Shown here: piece after piece, positions 46,028 through 56,412 of the stretch
Layout: the number at the start of each line of letters is the position of its first letter
Position numbering within the stretch: position 1 is the first letter of the stretch
NCBI GenBank assembly: GCA_965240325.2
Contig: OZ251224.1
Coordinates: 558,001 to 622,000, forward strand
Direction of reading: 5' to 3'
Length of the DNA: 64,000 bases
DNA from: Rebecca billardiae RCC1528
Lineage: Eukaryota > Protista > Haptophyta
Made by a program: the position numbers and the translations under genes
Notes under the pieces: model-generated
Seen by the model: only the letters and a program-made list of their open reading frames with translations
Databases searched by the model: none
Told to the model about the DNA's origin: nothing

Positions 46028-47757
46028 ATGGTGAGCTGCGTGCGCGCGGCGCTGCTCGTCGCTCTGAGCACGCCCCCCGTCGCGCTCGGGCGCAGCCGGG
46101 CGCAGCTGCCCTGCGTACGGCCCCCGTGCCTCTCGCGCGCGCCGCGCGCGCGCCGCTGCGCCGCACGGGCGATGCCGGAGCCGGGGAAAGAGCTGCCCCT
46201 CAAGCGCTCCAAGTCTGAGAGCCTCTCCGAGGACGAGGAGCTGCTGCCGTTCCCGTCGGCGCCGCGCGCGGGCCGCTTGCTGCTGCCGCTGCTACTCGCG
46301 GCGTACGTGCACAACCAGTGGTCCCGCTCGCTCATCTACTACGTCGTCGACTTTGGCGACACCGACGCGCCCGGCTCCGCGCAGAAGCTGATGAACGCTG
46401 AGCTCGGCTTTGGGCCGGGCACGTACTCGGTGCTGGCGACGATTGCGTTCTCGGCGCTGTTCGCGCCGCTCAGCCTGATCGCCGGCTCGGCGTCCGACGT
46501 CGGCGACCGCGCGTTCATCACATGGGCCTCGCTGCTCGGCTGGTCGGCCGCGACCGCGTGGCAAGGCTCGGCGCACTCGGTGTGGGAGGTGGCGGCGTCG
46601 CGCTCGATGCAGGGCGTGGCGCAGGCGTTCACCACGCCGGCGGCGTACACGCTGCTCGCCGACGCGACGCCGCCAGCGCGCCGCGGCACCGTCAACTCCG
46701 TGTACACCACCGGCGTGTACATCGGCGGCGGGCTCGCCGCGCTGTCCATCATTCTGGACCGGGCGCTGGGGTGGCGCGGCGCCGAGTGGGCGGTCGCGGG
46801 CGTGGGCGGCGTGACGGCGATCGCGTGCGCGGCGCTGCTGGAGGACCCGCGCGAGGCCGCGCGCGCGCGCGGGCTCGCGGTCGCCTCCGCCTCGTCCACC
46901 GACTCCACCGCCGACGCCGTGCGCGCGCGGATCGCCGAGCAGCTCAGCTCCCTGCAGCGCACCGCCGAGGCGGTGGCAGACTCGCCCGCCACGCAGCTGC
47001 TGCTCGCGTCCGCGGCGCTGCGCTTCTGCGCGGGCTTCTCGATCGCGGTGTGGATCGGGCCGTGGGGGCGGCTGGTCTTCCCCGACCGCGAGGCCGACTT
47101 CGCCGTCGCCAAGGCGCTCATATCGTGCTTGGGCGGCGGCTTCTCCGTGCGCGCCGCGCGAAGCGACGCCGGGTGCCGCGGCGTGGCCACGCGCCACGCG
47201 CGCCGCGCCCTGCGCCGGCGCTGCTCGCGAGCGCGCGCGCGCGTGACCGCGCGCGCGCACATGCCACCCCGCGCGCCCTCCGCTCGGCGCGTCCACAGGC
47301 GGTGGCCGGCGGCGTGCTCTCGGACAAGCTGAGCCAGCGCGGCGGCGAGGGCCGCCGGCTGTGGGTGCCCGTCGCGGGCTCGGTGCTCGCTGCGCTGTGC
47401 TGGCTGCTGATGCTGGACGCTTCCACCTTTGAGCTTGCGATGTGCTGGCTGCTGCTGCAGTACCTGTGTGCGGAGTGCTGGTTCGGGTCGACGGTGGCGG
47501 TGCTGCAGCAGCTGCTGCCGGACGACGTGCAGGGCGGCGCGCAGGGCGCCTTCTCGATGCTCACCGTCGTGGGCAACCTCGCGCCGCTGCTGATCGGCGC
47601 GCTGCAGGAGACGCGCGCGCTCCCGGACGTGCTGCGCGAGGTGGTGCCCGCACTGTACGTGGCGTCGGCGCTGTGCTTTGCCGTCACCGCGCGCAAGGTA
47701 GCGACTGTGCGCACGGGCGCCAAGAGCGGCCCCAACTTCCTCGATGACTTCCCTTGA
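46028..47757 (+). CDS. MFS transporter (spinster-like), paralogue 1; intron 47147-47298
   Basis: HNQWSRSLIYY, AGSASDVGDR, AQAFTTPAAYTLLADATPPARRGTVNSVY, GGVLSDKL, AECWFGSTVAVLQ. Confidence 0.9.
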
Positions 47758-48136
47758 GGCGAGGTGGCATACGCACTTCATCCGCTGCGACGCTGCTTAC
47801 AAGGGGATGGCCCTCCGGGCCTCCGGGCCGGCCCTGCTGTCAGCTGCGCGCGTGATTAATAGCAGCTTGTGATGGTCCGTATCACGCCGCGACATGCTCG
47901 GGCTGCTCGGCGAGTCGGCGTCGGCGACACGTCGCCTGCTGCAGAGTGCAGCAGCCAGCAGTCGTGCCGATGACCGGTCGGACGTCGTGCACTGCTTCTT
48001 ATTCGGCGGATGCGGGATGGCTATGCCTATTGGCTTCGGATTGACAGACATCACTCAATCAGTCCGAGTAGTGAATCAGTCAAAGGCGGCAGGCCAATCA
48101 GGATGCAGTGAGCTAGTGCCAGGTATATATAAATCA

Positions 48137-49216
48137 TCATGCGAGGTCGTAGCCTGCTGCCAGAACCTCGTGAGCGGGCAGACCGTTGCATGCGAGCAGC
48201 CCGACTGCGCTTTCTGCCGCCCCACGGTCGCGGAGCAGGATTGGCGGCCTGCGGATCATGAGGAGCGCGGGCTCGGGCTGTGGCGGGCCGACCGGCCCAA
48301 AGCCGAGCTGTTCATGCACGATGGACGCCGCTCGGCCACCACGACCGAGCAGCACGAACGCTCGGCAGGAAAGCTGGCCATTCGCTGCGGGGCTCGCCCT
48401 CGCAGCTGCCATTGCGCCGACGAGAACATTGCGCACCGCCGCCTCCGCCTCAGGCGCCCGCTCCCAGCGACTAGCCAGCACTGGGCCGATGAAGGTGCCG
48501 TCAGCGCCCCATGGCCGCCCAAATGCGCATGCCAGCAAGCCGAAGTCGTCGCGCACGCCGAGTGCAAGGTGCGGCCATTCCGCGTACCACGCGCGGAGAG
48601 CCGCTGCGCGAGTCGCTGTCTCCGCGCGCAGCGCCTCCTCCAGCTCATCCCGGCCGAGGGCGCGCGCGGTCGGTGCTGCGCTCGATGGCGCCGGCAAGGG
48701 TGGCCGCAGCACCCTGCCCAGCAGCGTGACCGGGGCGTGGCCCTCGAAGCCGAGCGAGCGGTACAAGGGCTGAGCCGGTGCAGTGCCTATGAGCCCGAGC
48801 GTGTCTTCGCTCGCGCCCCGGACGAGCCGCTCGCACAGCACACGCGCAAGGCCGCGGCCACGCCAGCCCGTGTCTGTAACCACATAGCTCAGCCATGACG
48901 TGCGCATGTCGATGCGGAGCATTGCCGCGCAGCTGACGAGCTCGGAACCGGCAAAATGGCCGAGCGCGGCGCTTGGGCCGCTCGAGTCCGCCTCGATGAG
49001 CCGGAGGATCAGCTCGATGTCCGACACCGGCTGGTCCCAGTGCTGCGCTGCCGCGAGGCGTGCGACAGCCGGGACGTCACGCGCGACGAGCGGTCGGATC
49101 GCGAGCGGCACGTGTGAGCTGTAGGTGGTATACGCGTCTGAATGCCTGAGGCGAACGAAGCTCGCGACGCGTGGTGACCGTCCGCGCAGCGTGCGCGCGG
49201 CACGGAAGGCGTCCAT
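48137..49216 (-). CDS. GNAT-family N-acetyltransferase (two-domain, YitH-like)
   Basis: IRPLVARDVP, WLSYVVTDTGWRGRGLARVL (acetyl-CoA motif A), PLYRSLGF, FIGPVLA. Confidence 0.8.
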   Translation of the reverse strand: MDAFRAARTLRGRSPRVASFVRLRHSDAYTTYSSHVPLAIRPLVARDVPAVARLAAAQHWDQPVSDIELILRLIEADSSGPSAALGHFAGSELVSCAAMLRIDMRTSWLSYVVTDTGWRGRGLARVLCERLVRGASEDTLGLIGTAPAQPLYRSLGFEGHAPVTLLGRVLRPPLPAPSSAAPTARALGRDELEEALRAETATRAAALRAWYAEWPHLALGVRDDFGLLACAFGRPWGADGTFIGPVLASRWERAPEAEAAVRNVLVGAMAAARASPAANGQLSCRAFVLLGRGGRAASIVHEQLGFGPVGPPQPEPALLMIRRPPILLRDRGAAESAVGLLACNGLPAHEVLAAGYDLA

Positions 49217-49399
49217 TCGTGCGTCCGGAAGTCTGGTGCGGCGGGCATCACCGTGGGCATCAAGGGATTCAAGGCCTTCCCGCCTTCCCAGTCTCAATTT
49301 CAAAGTCCGGGTCGCTACCGGTACTCGCTCGGCCCTTGATTGAGAGAGTCGAGACTGGCGAGTGGAGCTGAAACCGTCAAGCTTGCTTGGCTCGTCCAG

Positions 49400-51141
49400 A
49401 TGAGCCAGGACGCCGCGTCCGCCGCGGCGCCGCTCCTCCCCCGCGATGAAGGCAACGGCGGCAATGCCCTCGAGCCATCGCGTGCGCGACAAGCAGCCCA
49501 GCCTGTGGAAGCCGTCTCGCACAGCAGCGAGTCCTCCACAGCCGCGCGCGGCGGAGGGCGCGCGCCGTCCACCGCGGCCGCCTATGGCGTGCTCTTCCTG
49601 CTGCTTGTCGTGTACATCCACAATCAGTGGACGCGCTCGCTGATCTACTACGTGGTCGACTTCAGCGATCTCGCCGAGAGCGCCCCTGACGCCGACGTCG
49701 TGCTGATGAACGAGGCCGTCGGCTTCTCGGCCGCCACGTACGGCGCGATGGCATCGCTCGCCTTCACGGCCGTCTTTGCGCCCGTCAGCCTGCTCGCGGG
49801 CACGGCGGCGGACCGGTGCGACCGCTCGCTGATCACGTGGCTCTCGCTGCTCGGCTGGTCCGCCGCGACCGCGTGGCAGGGCTTCGCCACCTCCGTGTGG
49901 GAGGTGATTGGCTCGCGCGCCGTGCAGGGCCTGGCGCAGGCGTTCACCACGCCCGCCGCGTACACGCTGCTCGCGGACGTGACGCCGGCGTCGCGGCGCG
50001 GCGCGGTGAACTCGATCTACGCGTGCGGCGTGTATATTGGCGCGGGTGCCTCGGCGCTCAGCATCCTCCTCGACCGGCGGTACGGCTGGCGCATGACGCT
50101 GTGGATCGCGGGCGGCGCGGGCGGCGCCCTCGCCCTGTTGAGCATGGCCGCGCTGCGCGACCGGCTGGGCGGGCAGAAGGGCTGCAGGTGCGCGTGCCCG
50201 GCGCCGCGGCTCGCGCCGGGCCAGGCGTCGTCGTTCTCGGCGTCGTTCGCGCGCACGCTCTGCGTCATCGCCGCGAGGCCCGCCGTCGCCCTCCTCTTCG
50301 TCTCCTCCGTGCTGCGCTTCAGCGCGGGCCTCTCGGTCGCGGTGTGGGTGGCGCCGTGGGCGAGGCTGTCCTACCCGCAGCGGCAGGAGAGCTTCGCGCT
50401 CGCCAAGGCGTTCATCTCGATCGTCGGCGGGAGCGTGTCGGTGCGTGCGCCCAGGGCGATGGCGCGTGCGCCGCGCGGCGGCGCGCGCGGGCGGCGCTCA
50501 CGCGCGGCCGCGCTCCTCTGACTCCCCTCCGCTCCTGCCCCGCCCGTGCGTGCCGCCGCGGCCAGGCGGTGTGCGGGGGCGCGCTTTCCGACCGGCTGAG
50601 TCGGACGCGCGGCGGGGAGGGCGAGCGGCTGTGGGTGCCGCTGGTGGGCCTGTCGCTCGCCGCGGTGTTCTGGGTGCTCGCGCTCACCTCGTCCACCTTC
50701 GAGCGCGCGATGAGCTTCCTGCTCCTCCAGTTCCTCGCCGCGGAGTGCTGGTTTGGCCCCACGGTCGCGGTGATGCAGTACCAGCTGCCCGTGGACGTGC
50801 AGGGCGGCGCGCAGGGGGTCTTCTCCACGCTGATGGTGGCGGGCAACGCGGCGCCCGTGGCGATCGGCGCGCTGCAGCGCACGTGGCCGCTGCCCGTGGT
50901 GCTGCGAGCCGTCGTGCCCGCGCTGTACGCCGGCTCGGCGCTGTGCTTTGCGCTCACCCTCGGCCTGCAGAGGCGCGCCGAGTGGCGCGCGCGCGCGGCT
51001 GTGCGCCCGATGCACGCGCCGAGCAGCGGCGTCGCGTCAGAGGCGCACTCGGCGCCGATCCCGGCAGATCGCGCGGCAGCGGCCGAGCACTCCCGCCACC
51101 GCCACGCTCTCGAGTCAGTGGGCCGGCAGCCGACTCTCTGA
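49400..51141 (+). CDS. MFS transporter (spinster-like), paralogue 2; intron 50441-50565
   Basis: Highly similar to paralogue 1, with the intron at the homologous codon. Confidence 0.9.
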
Positions 51142-51528
51142 GCCCGATGCCGAGCAGAGACGGCTGACCTCGTCTGGTGACCTCCCGACTGGTCGAGTGC
51201 CGACCCGCGCCGCCGACGGGCCACTCCCGCGACTCCCGTCGGCCGACTGGGGCCCTGTGGAATCGGCTGGCATCTCACTCTGAGCAGCCTGACCGTGATG
51301 TGGCGGCAGTAATAATTAAAATAATACATGATGCCTCGCCAAATATGAAATCGTTCATCGATAAGTCATGTCACATCAGATATCTGTCGTCCGAATTTGA
51401 CTGTTCCGAGTCCACCCGTTCCACGGGGTGTTGTTCCGCCTCCAGGCGCCCCGCACCCGGCTCGTGGCGGCAGGATGGCGATCAAGTGGCGCGTGGCCGA
51501 CGTGCGGCCCGAGAGAAACGTGACTTGG

Positions 51529-52510
51529 GCGCCGCGCGCCGCGCTGGCGGGGCGGCCGGGACCCACGCGCGCCTTCGAACCCCCGGCGCCCGCGTGCTCA
51601 TCGGCTTCCTCCGCCTGCGAGTAGCCCACGACCGCGCCCGCCGCGCTCTTTGAGTGGGTTGACCGCGCCCGAGCCTGCTCGCCGCCGAGCGCAGGGATGA
51701 GTTGAGCACGGCGCGAGGCGGCGATCGCGGTCGGGCGATCGCATGAGCCCATTCGGGCCCCATCTGCCACGGCGCGACCGCTTCAGCATGCGTATGTGAC
51801 GCCACTTGTCATGGTTGTCTCATGTCGGGTAGCAGGTGAGCACTGTCGGCCAGCATGTCCGCGCGCGCGCGCGCGCTCGCGCAAGGCTATACGGGTCGGA
51901 TGCCGCTCCGTGGCGTCTCGTGATGTCTGCACTACGCAAACTGGCTGGCACGATTGGTCCGCATCTGTAGTTATGCGACGCCTGCCGTGTTCGCGACGAG
52001 AACTCAAGCAAGTTCTTCTGGCGACCAGAGTTGCCGTCAGCATTGACGCACGTTGCGAGCTGGCAGAGCAGTGAAGGTCATGCCCTTGCTGGCCCACGCT
52101 GGGCAATACACGGTAATCAGCATGTCCTGATGCCAACTGTGATGTGTTTCCGACCCGTCTGGCCCTGCACAGGCGCGGCGCGCGCGGACACGCTGGCCGA
52201 CAGTGCTCGCCCGCTACCCGACATCCATGACAAGTGGGGTCACATACGCATTCTGAAGCGGTCGCGCCGTGGCAGATGGGGCCCAAATGGGCTCATGCGA
52301 TCGCCCGACCGCGATCGCCGCCTCGCGCCGTGCTCAACTCATCCCTGCGCTCGGCGGCGAGCAGGCTCGGGCGCGGTCAACCCACTCAAAGAGCGCGGCG
52401 GGCGCGGTCGTGGGCTACTCGCAGGCGGAGGAAGCCGATGAGCACGCGGGCGCCGGGGGTTCGAAGGCGCGCGTGGGTCCCGGCCACCCCGCCAGCGCGG
52501 CGCGCGGCGC
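51529..52510. mobile_element. Foldback element with ~335-bp inverted arms and a ~310-bp spacer; no TSD found
   Basis: ~51529-51866 is the reverse complement of ~52178-52510, with a few mismatches. Mirrored ORFs 51366..51770(-) and 52269..(+) share their sequence. Confidence 0.75.
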
Positions 52511-52615
52511 AAACAGCAACTCCTCGACAGCAGAGCGCGTGGATCGCCGCGACGTCGACGTCGCCCGCCCGCCCCCGCCCCCTCTCAACGGCCGCGGCCC
52601 CGCGTGCGCCCACTG

Positions 52616-52665
52616 TGGTCCGGGAGCTCATAGGTCGTGTCACGACCTATGCCGCTCCCGGACCA
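52616..52665. repeat. 50-bp near-perfect hairpin
   Basis: TGGTCCGGGAGC-T-CATAGGTCGTG-T-CACGACCTATG-CC-GCTCCCGGACCA (12-bp and 11-bp stems). Confidence 0.85.
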
Positions 52666-52903
52666 TGTCCGAACTAATCGCCTTTCTGGAACGGGTGGTT
52701 CGGGCAAGCACTCTTGTCTCTTCACTCTTCAGACTTCAACTTGGACTGCACCCGTGCCGTACGGGCGTACGTGCCGCTGACGATGTGATTGTGAATGTGA
52801 ATCGGATGTGCCGGGCCCGCCACATCACAGCGGCAGCATCACTGCGAGCAGAGCAAGTCTCGTCCGCACGCCATCCGCCAGCGGCAGCGTCGGCCACGAC
52901 GCG

Positions 52904-53920
52904 TTATGCGTGCGCCGTCACAGTGATGGGCTGCAGCTTGTCGAGCGGCAGCTCAGCAGCAAGGAACTCAGCGTAGTCGTCAGCTGTGAACTTAGACACG
53001 ACTGAGACCGCAAAGTCCTTATGGCAGAACAGGATGTCGTCTTCCTTGGTGAGCATCTTGCCGAGGAAGCCGCCTTTCCAATCGCCGTCCAGCCCAACGG
53101 CGGCCGCCACCTGCGGCTGGTCGAGCAGCTCGAGCGGCACCGCGTCCGCGCTCGCAAACTGCGAGGTGAGCGGCGGCGCTGCGTTCGAGCACAGCAACAC
53201 GAGCTCGTACCCGCGCTTGAGGGCGAGCACGATCTTGGTTCGCATCTCGGCCCGCGCATCCTCGAGCGACATTGTCTTCTTCATGTTCACCTCGACCACG
53301 TACTTCTTCAGCTCGACCAGCTGGTGCCCGGAGTAGGAGTAGAACGTCTCCAGCGGCGTGTAGCCATCCCCAGAGCCCGTGCGGTCGAGCAGCAGAGGCG
53401 TCTTGCCCTTGTCGCGCGCCGCATCGAGCGCGGCCTGCAGCATGTCGAGCTTGCACGACCACACGCCGTCGGTCGCAAAGGACTGGGTCGCAGCCACGCG
53501 CTCGGCCGCCCGCGCCCCCTCCGCCGCCTCCCGCTTGGCCGCCTCCGCTGCCCTGAACTCATCTACGGCGCTCACAAAGCCCACATGCCATGCGACAAAC
53601 TGCTCTTCGCGCACGGCCCCTTCGGCCGCTCCCGATCCGGCCTCGCGGTACTGCTTCTTGATGTACAGCCCCATCTCGTTCTCTCTGAGGTAGCCCGCCT
53701 CCTCGTGGACGTCCTTGATCACCTGCGCAAACTCCTTGAGATTGAGCGCGCCATCCTGGTCCTCGTCGTACTGCGTGAAGACGGCCTTGCTGCGCTCCTG
53801 CTGCGCGCGGCGCGCGGCTTCCTCGGGCGAGACAGCCTCTGGCTCCTCGGCTGCCTTCGCCTTGGTGCCGCCACTCTTCGGCTTCGTGCCGGCCGGCTTC
53901 GCCTGCTTGACGGGCGGCAT
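52904..53920 (-). CDS. EF-hand protein with a C-terminal domain resembling the IQANK1/dynein AAA5-like region; likely flagellar
   Basis: EF loop DEDQDGALNLKEF; GKTPLLLDRTG..LETFYSYSG..MRTKIVLALKRGYELVL. The family match is from memory. Confidence 0.65.
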   Translation of the reverse strand: MPPVKQAKPAGTKPKSGGTKAKAAEEPEAVSPEEAARRAQQERSKAVFTQYDEDQDGALNLKEFAQVIKDVHEEAGYLRENEMGLYIKKQYREAGSGAAEGAVREEQFVAWHVGFVSAVDEFRAAEAAKREAAEGARAAERVAATQSFATDGVWSCKLDMLQAALDAARDKGKTPLLLDRTGSGDGYTPLETFYSYSGHQLVELKKYVVEVNMKKTMSLEDARAEMRTKIVLALKRGYELVLLCSNAAPPLTSQFASADAVPLELLDQPQVAAAVGLDGDWKGGFLGKMLTKEDDILFCHKDFAVSVVSKFTADDYAEFLAAELPLDKLQPITVTAHA

Positions 53921-54045
53921 GGGAGGACCGACAGGACTTTTCAGTGGCCACCAACCTCCCGGACCCGGTGGGAAGCTTCGGAATCTCGCGGCGGCGGCGC
54001 AAGCGGCGAGCCAGCGTGTGCATCCATCCCCTTGAGCTCGTGCCA

Positions 54046-56097
54046 ATGATGGCAGCTGGGCGCGAGCGCGCAGCGGGCATGGGCCGGCGGTGTCGGATGC
54101 TGTGGGCTCTGGTCCTCACGGCTGCGTGCGCAACGGGCGCGGCGCAGAAGCACAGCTCGTCGCACCACTCCCACCACTCGCACTCCTCCTCCAAATCGTC
54201 GACGCGCCACTCGTCGCAGCACTCGTCGCTCGGGCGGCACTCGTCCTCGGCGGCGCCGGCGGCGCCGGCGCGCGTCGTGGTGCACAGGCCGGGTGTCAGC
54301 AGCAGCTGGAGCTCGACATACGGCGTGTCGCACATGGCTCAGCTGCAGAACGCCTCCTTCGAGGCCGATCTGCCCCCCGGCATCGGGCCGCCCTACGAGC
54401 TGGTCGTGCCGTTTGTGATCGTGTGCGGCTTCGGGTCCGACCCGGTGATCGATGAGCTGCAGCTGCTGGTCAAGTCGATCCTGCTGATGACGCGCAGCTT
54501 CCGCGTGAACATCACGTTCGCAACTGACCAGTACGGCGCGCGGGTCATCCCCAAGCTCTTCAAGCGCCTCTCGCCGAAGCGTGCCCATCGCTCTGCGCCC
54601 GCCGACTTTGTGGCGATGCGAATGCTGATGCGCACGCTGCACGTGCAGATCGTGCGGCTGGACATGCGCAAGCTGGAGGAGCTCATGCAGGACACGGGCG
54701 TGCCCGCGATCCACCACTCGGGCATGTTCGGCGCGGCCAAGACCTTCCTGCCCTGGCTCCTCCCGGACCACGACCGTTACATCGTCGTGGACACCGACGC
54801 GGTCTTTGTGACCGACCCGACGCCGCTCGCGGTCGAGCTGTGGCGCGAGGGCGAGTGGGTGTACCAGATGCCGGCGTACCCGATGGAGTACCAGTACAAG
54901 CGGCCGGACCATGTGAACATCCAGACGAGCGACGTGCTCGGCGACGCGCTCTGCTCGTGCCTCATCCTGATGCGCGCCGACCTCGTGCGCGAGCGCGGCG
55001 TGTACGACGTGCTCAAGCAGGACATCAAGTGGTACATCCGCAACATCGACAAGCTCCCCACCTCGCCGCGCAGGACGGCCAAGGTGGACGAGATGGTGCG
55101 CAGCCGGCGGAAGCACGCGCCGACGGTGGACGGCCCGCCCGCGCTCAAGCGGCTCGGCGCGCAAGTCCACCTCTCGACCAACCCGCTCGAGCTCTCGTGG
55201 CCGGGGCACCGGCTCTCCGGTGACCAGCCGCTCTTCACCGTGCTCTTCAAGCGCCACCCGCAGCTCGTGTGGCTCATGAGCCCGTCGTGGAACTACGACC
55301 TGTGCCACTACTACTACGCGGGGATGAAGATGAACCCGCACTGGACGCCGTACATGCTGCACCGCAACTGCGTGTGGGAGGGGCGCAGCATCCTCTCCAA
55401 GGACGACTCCGCCTCGTTTGCGTTCGACTTCTTTGACGGCTACCGCTGGGTGTGGCTGGCGCGCAACACCGACGTGACGGTCAGCGGCGACCTGGAGGAG
55501 GACGACGGCATGCTTGCGAGTGCGCCGGCCATCGGCGCGCTCGACGCGGCGCAGGACGGCGCGTCCATGTACGGCGCGTCGAGCGCGGCGCCAGGCGCCG
55601 ATCTCGCCGACGACGGCAGCGAAGCGATGGCCGCGCGCCCCCTGGGCACGAGCCCAACCACGCGGCCCGGCGTGCACGGGGGCGCGCTGTGGATTCAGCA
55701 GACGCCTTTTGGCGGGCGCATCAGCAGCAGCAGCAGCAGAGCGTACACAGGGGTCGAGCGCATCCGCACGGACGGCGACAACGGTCGCTTCATCTACCTC
55801 GGGCGCAGCTCGACCGGGGAGCGCATAAGCGACGCGGAGCGCGAGACGAGGATGGCGCGGCTCGCTTCCACGCGCGCAGCTGCGCAGCGGCGCTCGCGCA
55901 GCTACGCGACCGGTGGCGACAGCCGCATGGACGACGATTCCCGTGCAGACGAGCGGTTGGGCGGCGACGCAGCTGATGACGACCGGCCTGCGGACGACGA
56001 CTTGCCCATGGGAGCGGGTTTCCGTGATTCGGTTGAGGCCCACGATAACCTCGCAGCAGCAGACCAGCCCATGTCGCGGGCTGCTGAGCTCGTATGA
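54046..56097 (+). CDS. GT8-family xylosyltransferase-like protein (XXYLT1/LARGE-like), secretory
   Basis: Signal anchor; HHSGMFGAAKTFLPWLLP; YIVVDTDAVF (DxD); GDQPLFTVL..SPSWNYDLC. Confidence 0.85.
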   Translation: MMAAGRERAAGMGRRCRMLWALVLTAACATGAAQKHSSSHHSHHSHSSSKSSTRHSSQHSSLGRHSSSAAPAAPARVVVHRPGVSSSWSSTYGVSHMAQLQNASFEADLPPGIGPPYELVVPFVIVCGFGSDPVIDELQLLVKSILLMTRSFRVNITFATDQYGARVIPKLFKRLSPKRAHRSAPADFVAMRMLMRTLHVQIVRLDMRKLEELMQDTGVPAIHHSGMFGAAKTFLPWLLPDHDRYIVVDTDAVFVTDPTPLAVELWREGEWVYQMPAYPMEYQYKRPDHVNIQTSDVLGDALCSCLILMRADLVRERGVYDVLKQDIKWYIRNIDKLPTSPRRTAKVDEMVRSRRKHAPTVDGPPALKRLGAQVHLSTNPLELSWPGHRLSGDQPLFTVLFKRHPQLVWLMSPSWNYDLCHYYYAGMKMNPHWTPYMLHRNCVWEGRSILSKDDSASFAFDFFDGYRWVWLARNTDVTVSGDLEEDDGMLASAPAIGALDAAQDGASMYGASSAAPGADLADDGSEAMAARPLGTSPTTRPGVHGGALWIQQTPFGGRISSSSSRAYTGVERIRTDGDNGRFIYLGRSSTGERISDAERETRMARLASTRAAAQRRSRSYATGGDSRMDDDSRADERLGGDAADDDRPADDDLPMGAGFRDSVEAHDNLAAADQPMSRAAELV

Positions 56098-56412
56098 CTC
56101 TGCCGTGGCATCGGATGCCTACTCTCTGAGCCCTACGACGACTACGTACTTATTCGTACTACATGTAACGTAGAGCTCTATCGTACTACTCAGCACTGCG
56201 CATTCATACTCATTAGAGTAGCGCGCTTATTATTACTCAATAATAGCGCTATAGCAGTGTAAGCAGTACTTACGAAGTCCTGCTGACGACCGCCGGCCAT
56301 CATCACGTATACTGACCCAGGCTGTGCTCCGACGACGAGCTGTCACAACGTCCCAGGCCCAGGGCCAGGTAAAGGTTCTCAGCGGACGACCGGCGGACCG
56401 GCGCCAGTCGGA

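Noticed and set aside
52616-52665. Hairpin as a SECIS element or intrinsic terminator
   Set aside because: The upstream gene ends in TAA with no in-frame TGA; there is no SECIS core or U-tract.
1279-56043. Many long overlapping or antisense Arg/Ala/Gly-rich ORFs (e.g. 12531..14930-, 42699..44789+, 53941..56043-)
   Set aside because: Shadow ORFs caused by stop-codon scarcity in very GC-rich coding DNA; no domain motifs.
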